DNA of 64,000 nucleotides, taken from the NCBI GenBank assembly GCA_036172245.1, contig JAYWIR010000012.1, positions 1,240,001 through 1,304,000 of the forward strand, read 5' to 3'. Position 1 is the first letter of the stretch; every line of letters begins with the position of its first letter. The DNA is from Raillietiella orientalis. Its lineage: Eukaryota. The position numbers and the translations under genes are program-made. The notes under the pieces are model-generated. The model had not been told where the DNA came from. It did no database searches and saw nothing but the letters and a program-made list of their open reading frames with translations. Below are positions 38,501 through 50,500 of this stretch, piece after piece.

Positions 38501-41500
38501 AAGTTTCCGGGAAGCAAGGGTGTGTGAGGGAAGTGGGGACGGGTGAGCGAAAGACACCCCAGGAGCAGGCATGGGGACATCCTGGAACTTCCCGGTCCGA
38601 GAAGCAAGGCTGCCTTCATTCCTTCCTTGGAACGTGCCTCGCGAATTCTTCCTGGTTACTCGGGGCAGCGGTGGCGGGAGCGTCGCTGGCTGCCCCAACC
38701 GAAGGAGGTGCTGCCTGCTCGGGTTCCCGACGAGGCTGGGCGGAGGCGTCCCCCCGTTCACCTCTGGCGAGCCGTCCCATGCTGTTCTCCCTTGCACCTC
38801 ACCTGAAGAAGAAACGGAGGACCAGGGTGATTTCTCCCGGAGGGCTTTTTTCGGTTGCACCTGACCCGTTCTCGTCCGGTGCTTCTTCTCCCCGTTCCGT
38901 TCCCTCTACCGGATTCTCCCACTTCGAAAATCGTTGGACTTCTTTGATGCCCTCAGCACTTGATCGCTCCCTTCCTCCCTTCCCGGAAACTCCCCGGGAA
39001 ACCTGCGGGTTTCGGATGACTGACCACAGAGCCTCTCCTTCCCGGAGGTGTCCTCATCGGCTGACTTGCAGGCAGGGGACGCGCTTCCTCACCCTGTTAC
39101 CCTGGAGCGCTACCTGGTTCCTCAGGCTCGTCCGAGATTTGCATCGTTCCTGCACCAGGGCGGCTCGAGACCCTATTCGTTTCCATGGGGATAGCTCTGA
39201 CCGCACTTGACCTCCATCTCTGCGTTCTTCCAGATATCCCGGAAGCCCCTGGAAGACCCATGATCCTGGGATTTTCATCCCGTGCCGTCAATCTCTCATG
39301 GGCCGCAGGAGACAACCACAACAGCCCTATTCTTCACTACATCATCGCGAAGAGGTACGGGATGCTTCCTTGAGATCGAGGGAGGGAGGAAGACCGGGTG
39401 GGGCATAGCGATGGCTCGATGACGCCTCACTGTCCCGGAGCGCCGTCGCGGCGTCACGAAGAATCACCGACCGAGAAACGGTGCCTTCTTTCCCAGCCTT
39501 TCGCTCTGCGGCCAGCAGAGCTGCCGGCCCCGGGGGCTTCATGCGCTCGCGCCTCGCAGCGCCACCGTGGATCGTCGCTCATCGAGCGCTTCCCGGAGAC
39601 GGAAGCGGGCCCGGCGGGTGCCGCTGTCTTGATTTCGCCGAGCTTTTATCTCGAGGACTCACTCGAAATGCATCCTCAGCGTCCTGCGCATTGCCCGGAG
39701 GCTGAGTCATCGTCCTTCAACGAGACTCCCCTTTGTGCCCACGAGTCACTGTGGGCATCGGGATCCATGCGAAGGCGAGGGGGCTCTGCAACCCGCTCGG
39801 TTCTCTTCGGGATCGTTCTCTGGGCTTCTTCCCTGGACAGGGGGTGGAAAGGATCCTGGACGAAGCGCTCGTCGACTCCTCCCTGCTCTTGAGTACGCGG
39901 GAACGGACCGTTCTCTTCCTGACCGCAGGACAGCACGAACCTTCCAGAAAGGAAAAAACGGAAGAAGGGCAATGGGAAGATGAGGGAGGGTACCACCGCA
40001 TCCAGAGCCTGGTGCTGGACTCTGCCCCGCGGAACTAGAATGAACGTCCGGAGCGCTCGAAGGAGCCTCCGCAGAGCGTGGGCAGAGGCAAGGACAGTGG
40101 GGACCATTCCGAAGGAGGGGAGGACTTTCCGGAAGCTACGCACCAGGGGAGTCCATCGAGGTTCTTCTTCCGCTAGGCATCCCAGGGAGGGGAGGTTGAG
40201 GAGAAGCGCCCTGAGCCACGAGGGGACGCTCGCTCGCTCGCCCGCCTTCCTCTTGCCAGGGACCTCTCCCTTCCTCACGGCCGATTGGTGGCCAAAGCTA
40301 CCGCACGCGGTTGCTCATTTCCAGCTCCTCTCAATCCCTTCTTCTCCTTCCCAGGATTGGCGAGGGGAGCTCCTGGGACAGCAGCGAGAAGATCAGGACA
40401 GAAACCAACACCACGTTCTTCGAGATCACCAGCCTTCTGCCGTACACCGCTTACAGCTTTCGGGTGATGGCCGTGAATGCCATGGGGACGAGCCGGCCGA
40501 GCAGGGAATCCTACTTCATCATCACCCTCCGGGAAGGTGAGTGAGGTGTAGGGAAATGCTGCGGACCCGTGCCGGAGGGAGTCGCCTCGGGGATTCCATC
40601 CCGGGACTTCCATCCTGACCCTTCGCCTGTGGAAAGAGCGACTTCTCCGGGACAGGGTTATCCCCGTGCATGGGAAAGGGACGGGAGGTAGCAGCACCTT
40701 CGGCCGGATGAGAGGAAGGATCCAGATCCATCTACGGACAGCCCCGAGCATCGTCCCTGGGATCCGGTCCGGGACACCCTCTCACGTTTCGAAGAGGCGG
40801 CGGAGCCACCTGTGACCGCGGCGACCACGCTCGCCTCCGGACATCGATGATGGCCAATGCTGGAATCGGCTGCAGAACTCGCGTGCGGCAGAGACCCACA
40901 GAGTTTGGGACCGCGGGTTCCATGGGCGACTGGGGGATAGGTCGGCGTATAATGCTCCTGGGACTTCCGGAACAGGACTGCCAGAGACTTCCCTGTCTGC
41001 GCACGCGATCAGCGACGCACGCGTCACCCGCGAGGCAGAATCCCCTTACGTGATTCGTGTTGCCTAAACGATGGTGGAAGGGAGGGACTCGAACTGGGCA
41101 CGGACGCCGGCTGCTCTTTTGGGCTTCTCCTACAAGAGAAGAAGCAGTGAGAATGTCTGGAGAGTGGGGCGGATGACGCCTGGAAGATGGGATGCGGGAC
41201 TGTCCCGAAAAGAATGTCTGGGACTGTCTGGAAAATGGGGAGGAGGGACGTTTTAAGACGAGGTGAAGAATCTCCCCGAAAAGAGAGTCTGGAACTGTCT
41301 GGAAAGTCGGACGGAAGGGCGCATCGAAGACAAGGTGCAGGGCTTGTCTCCATGTGGCATGATGGGGCTCCCAGAAGTGAGTCCTGTCGCTGATGGCAGG
41401 GCGACCTGGCGGTGGACTCCGAGGACCACCCGCGGGCAGGGCCTCGGCGTTCCTCCCTGAAGGGCGAGCAGCGGACGTCCATCGATTTTCGATTCTGAAG

Positions 41501-44500
41501 CGGGAGTACCGGGAAAAGACTTCCTCCCACCAATGGTAGGGAGAGTTTCTCCGTTTCCACGGCAGTTTCCCAAAGGGGAAGTCCCCTTTCCTTCTCCCGG
41601 GACACTTTTTTTTTCCTTGCCTCTCTCCTTTCCGAGCTGTCGTAACAAAGTTGTGCGGCACGTGAAGTCCCCGCTTCCCGGGCTGTGCGCTTTCCCTCCA
41701 GTGAGTTCGCGGCGCCGGAAAGTCAACGTCCCCGTGCCGAACTCCGTTGCCAGCAGCTCGTGGGAGGGGAAGATCGGATCGGGGAAACGCAATTACAGGA
41801 TGGGGGCCTGGACTCCATCCACAGGGGAGTTTTCCATGGATTGTCTTCGAGTGGTCTGGAGTCGGTGTATTCCTTGGGAACGAGTCCGTGCGCGCTAGCG
41901 CCCGGATCTCGGACGAGGTCACGTGGCCGCGGACGGACGTGGATGAGGTGCGGTTTGCTGCGGGTGCTCCAGAACAGGCAGGGAGCCTCCTGTACTTCAG
42001 TTTACCATGGCGCTTGTCAGATCGCCATGGGGATCTCCCGGAAGGTTATAGCCATAATGTAGCCTCACAGCCCCAGACTCCCGGGTCACTCGAGCATCCT
42101 CGGTGCACGCAAGGTGCCCGCCCCGCGCCGAGGACCGGTCAAGTCACGGACTCCTGTCCGGAAAGCCGGTTGATCTCCAGCAGGACTACGACCTTCACTT
42201 CCCTCGAGAGCGCTGCGTACCGCGGAGAACTGCCAACCAGTGCGCCGCCTTCTGTTACCTTGGTCTGGCGACCCGAATTCCCCGTTCCGGGTCAGCAAGA
42301 GAGCTAGGAAGAGGCAACCCATCCCGCCTTCCTTCCTCCTCGGAAAGGACAGGTCGACTGGAAGATTCCGCTGAGTGGGCATCGGGGGAGGTCCGTTCCC
42401 TGAATCGGTTCTGCCGCGCGTGCGGCCGCCCTGCACGTGCGAGAGGGTGGTAGCGGGACGGGCGCGGTTCGCTCCGGAGCCACAATTCTTTGCCGGCTGG
42501 CGTCCCTGCACGCCAGCGCTCCCTTGAAGGCGTCGGGCCGAACCCTGTCTTCCTCGCAGCACCCACGTTCTGGGGAGGGGGCTACTCGCTGCAGCCGTCC
42601 CTGAGGAGCGACCTTCCGCGCCCCGAGGCCAAGACGAGGACACGCCAGGGGGAGAGTCAGAGCAGCAGCGGCCGAGGACACTGAAGCGAGCGGCCCCCAG
42701 GTGCCACTTCGGCAGCTGCGTTTCCCGGAGCATCGACTCGGTCCGCCCGCGCGAGAGGAGTTGATGGTCCGAGTTTCCCGGGTCTGCACGGTTGCTGCGG
42801 GAAGGGCGGGTGGATGGTCCTGGGAAGAGAGGCCTCTACTGAGTCGCCCTTCTCTCGCGCAGTGCCCAGTGGCCGGCCGACCATCACCGCGGCCTACAAC
42901 ACGAGCTCCACGTCCATCCGCCTTGACTGGAAGCCGCCCAACAGCAGTACCCTCCACGGGGAGTTCCAGGGTTACCGGCTGGTGTACCGCCACCGGGACA
43001 AGGAGAACGCCCCCATGCACGAGGTGACTCTGAGGGACCCCAAGCTCAGAGTAGGTGCTGCGCGCGCGCCCCCCGCTAGAAGGCTTACAAACGCCCCCTC
43101 TGCAGAGCTTCACGCTGTCCGACCTGGACACCTTCACGGCCTACGTGATCTCCCTGCAGGTCTTCAACCCGGAAGGGCCGGGGCCTGCGTCCACGGTTGT
43201 CATCATGACTGACGAAGGAGGTAAGCGACTGCGCAGCGGAGGGGCTTCCTGACCCGAGAAGCGGTCCCACTATCAAACCAGAGTGGATCCGCTCGGCGGC
43301 GCCACCGCGTGTCCGTTGCGTACCGCCGCCTTCACTCCCCGCATCTTCCTGTCGCTAGCGGTCCGTCGGGTTCGCTCTCCCCTCCCTCCGCAGGCTTTCG
43401 GGGATGCGGCGTCGCCAAGGCGACCGTGGAGTTGTCGCTCGTCGCCTGGATCACGTGTTTTGCTCTCCGGCGGGGAGCGCCAGGAACTCCATTTGTGGGA
43501 GGCGGAGGAGGAGGAGGAGGGGAGGTTGGCGTCCGTCCATGCTTCATTTCACGCGGTCGTTAAGAGATGAAGCATCATTTGCCAGCAAGAGCCGGGATTG
43601 CCACGGAAACACGAAAGTACCGCCGCGCGACGTTTCCGCTCGCACACGTCCACTCGGGAGCCGCTCCATTTTTTTGGAGCGGCGCTCCCGGAGAGGATCC
43701 TCCTTCCTTCCTTCCTGTTCTTTTTTCTGCTTCCTTCCCCCTTCCCTCCCCTTTCCTTTCTAGGAAGGAAGGAGGGGGGGGTCGCGAAAATGTGGCAGAA
43801 AAAGGAATGTCACGTGCGCCCGTAGCGCCATGCATCATCGCTCGCGGCAGGACGGAAGCACTTCGGTCGCCCCCTCCCACTCGGGAGGGATGCTGTCCCT
43901 TCCTAATCCTCCCAAGAGCGGAGGAAAGGCGGGAGAAGCCTCTCGCGCCGGCAGAGAGCTCGAGGGACGCTTTCTTCTACCGCCGCTAGGGAACCCGCTG
44001 CCGAGGGGGAGCCACGTAAAGTGCACAGGGCTGGCGGGCCGCTTCGTAAAAGGCTGGGGGTGGACCTGGGGAAACAGGGTCACTTGAGAGGCAAACGGTA
44101 GGGGACAAGGACGTGATCCTCCACGGAAGTCCTTCCTCGCTACTCACAAACCTCGGGAACGCCGGCCTGCCGCTAAGAAGGACGTCGACGAGCGGGCATC
44201 CCCTGGCGGGGTGGGTGCCGCAGCTCGAGCGCTTTCTTCCCTTTGGAGCGGATTCGTGCGCGCGTGCGGCAAATCCAAGATGGCAACCGAGAGCGCGTGC
44301 GTCGGAAAGCGAGCGGCGCGCCAGTGCCCCCGAGACCCCACTTGGGAAACCTGGGAGTGGGGAGAGAGGTTCTCTAGGAGCGGAGAGGGAGAAGGGATGC
44401 TACGAACCGGCAGGGGAAAGGACCATTGCATCCCTCAACCGTGCCCTGGACTCCGCCACCGCCCACCCGCGTGTCAGGAGGTGTCCTTGGCGCGCTCTGA

Positions 44501-47500
44501 GGAAGTCGGGAACGCCTATGGCGTCGCGTCACCCTGCACGCCCGTGAGCCACTTGGCGATCCGTGCGCGCGGGCGGTGGCTCCTGACGACCAGGTGCGCT
44601 CGCATCCACGCGTGGTTTTCCAACCTTCCTTCTTTTCTTGAGGATTGCTTTCGCAGCGCCTCTCGCGTACGCGCGCGCGCGCGCCATTCCCGGGCCCCTC
44701 CAAGCTTCCCCCGAACGCCTCTAGGGGCGCCGCGCGATGTCTCGCGCGGCGCCCCTAGAGGGACCGACCCCCGACTGCTTAGGCGGCTCGAGTCCTCCAG
44801 GGAGCGCTTCTAGCCCCCGCGGACGGACCGCAGCGCCCGCTGCCCCCCTCCGCCGCCCAAAGCAGGGAGGACCCGTGGCTGCTTCTTCATCTCGCCCCTC
44901 CCCCCAGTCCCGACGAAACCGCTGAACTTCATGACCAGGGAGATCCAGGACTCCTCCACGACTCTCTCTTGGGAGCAGCCTCTGGAGCCCAACGGCATCA
45001 TCCAAGGGTACCGGCTGTACTTCATGCACGACGGGTTCACGGACGTGCGGACTATCAGGAACCCGGAGGAGAGGATGACCCACAACTTGACCGGGCTGAG
45101 TAAGTACGCGCCCTCTGACCCCCACTTCCTGCGGGCCCTCCCTGGAGGAACCCATCAGCTCATGCGGCCCCTCCACTCTTGCAGAGTCCTCGACCAAGTA
45201 CCGCGTGTGGGTTAAGGCGTTCACCTGGAAGCACGAGGGAGATCCCTCACAGGAGCTCACCATCACCACCGACGTGAACTCGCCCGAGGCGCCCCTCATC
45301 ACCAAGCTGTCCTGCGACAATAAGAACTCCGTGCGCTTGCAGTGGAGGCAGAAGCCCTCGGGCGAGAACGTCAGCTTCTACGTGGTCCACTACCGCAAGA
45401 AGGGATCGTCGGAGTTCCAGGAGATTGTCGTGGACAACGCCGCCGCGACCTCGGTGGAACCGACGCAGGTGCGCCCCCAAGCCTCCTGCTTCCGTCTGGC
45501 AGCTCTCTCGACTGCTAGGCGCCCTCAAGGAGGATCTCCTTCGCCTCTGGTCCTGTGGGGGGGTCGCATGTGAGGGGTGGTGTTCTCGGCGAGCCCTCTT
45601 TCCGGAACCATGGTAGGCTACCCTCTTCCTGCTCACGTTCCTGAGGCGGCGGCAGGTAGCCGGAGAACGGGGTCGATGCCTGCCTGCCCCCGAGGGACGA
45701 AAGTTTTCTCGGGCCGTGAGAGCGCCGTGGTCAGCTCTCGCTCGCTACCTCGGGGGAGCGGTTCCTCCCTTGCTCAAGAGACACTTCCCCACACCTATTT
45801 TTTTCCTCTTACTTTCCCCTTTCTCTGTCGTCTCTTTCTCTGCGTCATCTTACGACGCCCTGGGACATTCTGCCCAACCGGCCGCCCTTTCTTCTGCAAT
45901 GAGTCCCCCTGCGATGATCTGCGTACCCCATGCCACCAGGAAGTGGTGCTGTTGAGAATTCCAGAAGGAAAACCCCTTGATGCTGCGAGCGTCACGTTCC
46001 GTGTCAAAGGTCAGGAGCAGGAGCTTCCGCTTTCATCCCACTACCTTCCCGGCGTCCCTACCGCCGAGGGCGTCCTAGCGACAAAACCGCGGACAGTCTC
46101 TTCTCCCTTCCGCGAGCTGGTTGTGACCTATGCTGACCGGGTCGGGTCCGTCGCCCCGCTTCGGAGCGATGCCTACGGAGAGTCCCTTGGCTCTTCGCCT
46201 TCCCCGAAAATCCTTGCGGGTCGGTTACAAGCGGTCCTCCGGGATTCGCTCCCGTGACCTCCAGATGTTCCTTTGGGCTCAGTGAGATGGCTCCAGGGGG
46301 GCACCACACCGCATGAGCCGTCCACCCGTCTCTAGTCGCGCAAGGAGCGCGATCTCCCTGGCTCGCGAGCTCCGAGGCTGGGCGGGTCCTCTATCCGTAG
46401 CAAGTCGTCCGGGAAACGGAGCCGCAGATCTCAGGCACCTCACCCCAACGGGCCTGGTGAGTCATCTCCCGACACGCCAAGAATTTTTCGCCCGCCGTCC
46501 TGGCAGTGCGAGGGCACCGTGAGTCGGCGCAGGGCTTCCGGGATGGGTTCCGCGCTTCCCGGCAGTCCAGAGCGGAACCTCCTTCCCTTCCGACGTGGGG
46601 GGAGCGGACGGCGGCTATCCTGGTAGGGGCACCGTCCCACAGCCGTCCGCTGCTCCACGAAGGACGGTCGCACGTCCTTCTTCGCTCGGTTCCCGAATCC
46701 GGCGGCGGGAGAACCTCCCGTTTACCCCTCGTAATCACCTGAGCACGGGGCGGGAGAGCAGGAGTGGGGAGGCTCCCACATCCGCTCCAGCAGGCGTGCC
46801 GGGGAGCTCATCAGGCTGAGCGAGGGCGCGAGGGTGAAGAAGGGGATGAGACAAAGCACAAACGGGGGGACGGGCACGAAGGGGTAAAACGCAATTTTTT
46901 CCAAGCCGGGGTGGGAGAGACCATGTGATTGGAGCTCCCCATCCTCAAGGAGTGACCACCCTTCAATGACCTCCGGGAGGGTCTCCAGGAGGAACGCGGC
47001 GGCGCCTCCGCCGTCATGTTGTCAACGCCGGTCTTGAGGAAGGGGAGCGGACGAAAGGCGCGGAGGGAGGCGCGCGAATGGAGATGCGTGGACGAGCAGG
47101 CGCAGACTCCTGGGAGGCGGCTGGAAGGTGTGGGGGGGGGCGCCCGATGCCGGGACAAGCAGACACGGAACCTCGGGGGTTGCCCAGCCGTCGCGGGGCG
47201 ATTTTCCGCGGCCGGCTGGGCAGAATGCCCCCAAAGCCCGAGATGACGCCATCCACCCTAGCTCACGTTTGCTCTTCCCAGAAGTCAACAGGCAGACACT
47301 CCTCCTCCGTGGCGGGTTCCCAGGTGTCTGCATCCGTTGCCCTTCTTTGGCAGGCCGTGCTCGGATGGTAGTGAAGGACTCCTTCCACCCAGCGGCTCCC
47401 AGATGGCCCGCGCGTGCTACCCTAAAGCCTGTAGGGCGAGCAGATGGATTCGCTGGGATGATGGGAAGGACCCCCGACTGCTTTAGGGAGCTGCTTTCGG

Positions 47501-50500
47501 TCTCCTTCCGAGCCCAGCCGTCCCGGGCCCGGCCGAGACCCTGAACTCGTTCGGGGGCCGCAGGCGATCTCCGAGCTCTCGCCAGCCACGCGTCGCGAGA
47601 GCTGTTTCCTCGGAGGGCGCCGGGACCGGCAACTCTTGCGACCACTCCAACGCCCCCTTCGTTTGCTTGCTGCGGCGGGATCCTGCCTGCAGCGATGGGC
47701 ATTCCTGACCAGTGGACTGTCCTGCGGTCTGCAGGCTCCCTCTTCGTGGGTCCGTTCGAGAAGCTCCCAAGAGGCAGTGGCTGACTACTCGCTCCAGGCC
47801 ACGGATTGCCCTGGTCTCGTCCTCTTCCACTTTTGAATTGCTTCTGGGAGCATGGGATGGGGGAGCCGTCCCCAGACCCATGAGCGGTCCATTGGGATGG
47901 GCTACTCGGCGTGATCTTCGCACCGCCATCTCTTCGACAGGGAAGAACGGCCCGTCTCTGCCCTCCCGTCTGCTTGTGACTCCCGGGCAAGGTCGCGCCG
48001 CGTGACCTTGCCCTCACGAAGACGCACCCGTTTCGCACCCTAGCAACCTCATCCTGGTTTGGGGGAAGGGAGGGAAGAAGACGAGTTCGTTGCTGTGGCG
48101 GTGTATATCCGCACGAAGACGAGAGTCGGGCTGCCGATCTCCCGCAGCTTCCCCGCACTGAAGGCGTGAAGCCTGGCTGGAGACCTCTCCTGGATCCCCC
48201 CCTGAAGACTGGAACCTGGGAGAAGCCGTTCGACTGTGGGAGGAAGCGGAAACCTCTTCCAGCCTAACGATCCTGTCCCGGCCTTTTCCAGCTCCCTCGT
48301 CAATTCCGGGACTCTTCCCGGAGACTCCCAGCTGGTCGTGGAGGAGGGAGTCCATGTGGCCACCATCGCTGCCTTCCCCCTTCTCTGCCCTCCGCGCCAT
48401 CGGGTGACTAGCGAGCGCCCCTCCACTCCGGTGATTGGCCGTTGCGCGGACGTGGAGCATGCGACCCCTTCAGGAGTCTGCCGGAAAAGGGAAACCTCTG
48501 AGCTCCCTCTCCCTGCTCTTCGCTTCCGGGAAATATCATCTCCCGTGCTCCGACGCTCCCAGTCATGGGCGGACCTGGAAGACTGTGGATCTCCTGACGA
48601 TCCCTCAATTAGGGAACCAACTGCCCCCCGGTGCGAGAAGGAGTTCAGGCGGCCTCAAAGAGTTGGCGCCCTGCCGGCGGCAAAAGGGGAGGGAGGAGCG
48701 GGTGCAGAGTTCCTCTTCGCCGGCGGAGGAACCTGCGCTTGTCCGACCAACGAGCCGAACGGTCTCTTTCCCAAGAAGAGAGGGGAGCACTCGTAGGGGT
48801 CCGTCCAGAGTCCAGACAAAGATGCAGGGTCGTCCTTCCCCCCTCCACTTGCCCGCCACCTCACCTCTGCAAAATTTCGTGTCGGCTCGGCGCTGACAAA
48901 GCTGGAGGCGGACCGCAGTCCTTCCGGAGGGCACGAAAGTCAGAGGGAGGAGTCAGGGACCTGCCTCGAGCCTCAACGTATCCTGCGGGCTCTCGAGGTC
49001 ACCGAGCTGCCTGGCGCCGCCGCGGAGCGCAGCCGCCTACCGCCCCCATGGTTCTCCGGTCAGTTCTGACCCACCCCTTCTGTGTTTCAGCTTGTCATCT
49101 CCAACCTGACCTTCGGGCAGATGTACGAAGCCAAGGTCAAGGGCGGACGCAAAAGTAGATATTCGAATAAGAGTTTCACTGGACCTTTTTCCGGGCACCG
49201 TAGAATTTTGCTCGAAGAGAACTGCGAGGAGACCTATGAGCTGCCCCACGGCCTGCTCTCCGAATTCTCCGAGCTGGGGGTCGGAGTCATCGCCGGAGTG
49301 GTGCTGGCCGGCTGCGCCCTCGTCGTGGCGGCCTGCGGATTCATCCTGTGGAGGTAACCCGGGCGCGACGCGCGCGCTTGCCTTCGGGGCGCTCCCGGCA
49401 GCCGCGTCCGTCCCGCGCGGGACTCTCTTGCCATCCGTGACCCTCCGCGCGCGGTTCGAACGGGGAGCACGGCGGGGTCGCCAGCGCAATTCCCGAAGCT
49501 TCCCGCGTGTGCCACTGAGCGGTGCTGCTTGGGGTGAAGCCGGCGCCTGGGTCGGGCCCCGCCTCGGGTTCAGATGCCTCCTGAGGCAGGTCGGCTGGCC
49601 CCTCCAGGGGTGCGCGACCCGGGCGCTTCTCCACCCGCGCATCTGTGGCTCTCTGCCTTCCAGGAAGTGCTACCAAGAATCCTACTACTACGTGCACGGG
49701 GAGAAGGACCGCGGACAGATCCCCGCGGGCTTCCCCCCGGTCGCCTGGGAGACGGACGAGAGCGACAGGGAGTCCGTTCCCGTGTACCTGTTCCCCGCTC
49801 ACGTGGCACAGCTTCACGCGGATGACGGTGCCGGCTTTGCGAAGGAGTTCGAGTCCCTGCAGCTGGCGCCGGGGGCCGACGAGCTTCGCGCCGATACGTC
49901 GCGCAAGCCCGGCAACGAGGGGCGCAACCGCTACCTCAACATCGTCGCCTGTGAGCAGCAGCCCCCGCCGCTCCCGGGAGCGGAGGTGCCCACTGACCCT
50001 TTCCCTCCCCCTCATTCTTTCCAGATGACCACTCACGGGTTCAGCTCGGGTCGAAGCCTCGCGGCAAGAAGCTGCCTGAGTATGTCAACGCCAACTACAT
50101 CGACGGCTTCCGGAAGCCGCGAGCGTACATCGCCACCCAGGGACCCCTTCCGTCCACCTTCGACGTTTTCTGGAGAATGGTCTGGGAGCAGAACGTCCAC
50201 ACCATCGTGATGATCACCAACCTGCTGGAGAAAGGACGGGTATGTTAGGGAAAGAGGGGAACGCGAGGGCGGAAATGGACGGAACTTCCATTGCGCGCGC
50301 TACGCATCTCCCGCCCGCTTCCCCTATCCGGCTACGGGTCTGCTCCGGAATCCTGGATGGTCTTTGACGAGACGAGAATGCTGGATTCTTGTTCCTCTTT
50401 CTACCGGAACACCCAACTGTTGCCTCGCCCCGGTCTCCATCGGAATGGGAACGGGTCGAAACGCTCCCTCGACTTTCGGTCGCACTGCCTCGTTGCCAGG

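Noticed and set aside
40732..41922. Long ORFs of 300-400 aa (also 34538-35563, 47022-48158, 53463-54380)
   Set aside because: They are Arg/Pro/Gly/Ser-rich translations typical of stop-poor GC-rich DNA, intronic or antisense to the PTP gene, with no domain motifs.
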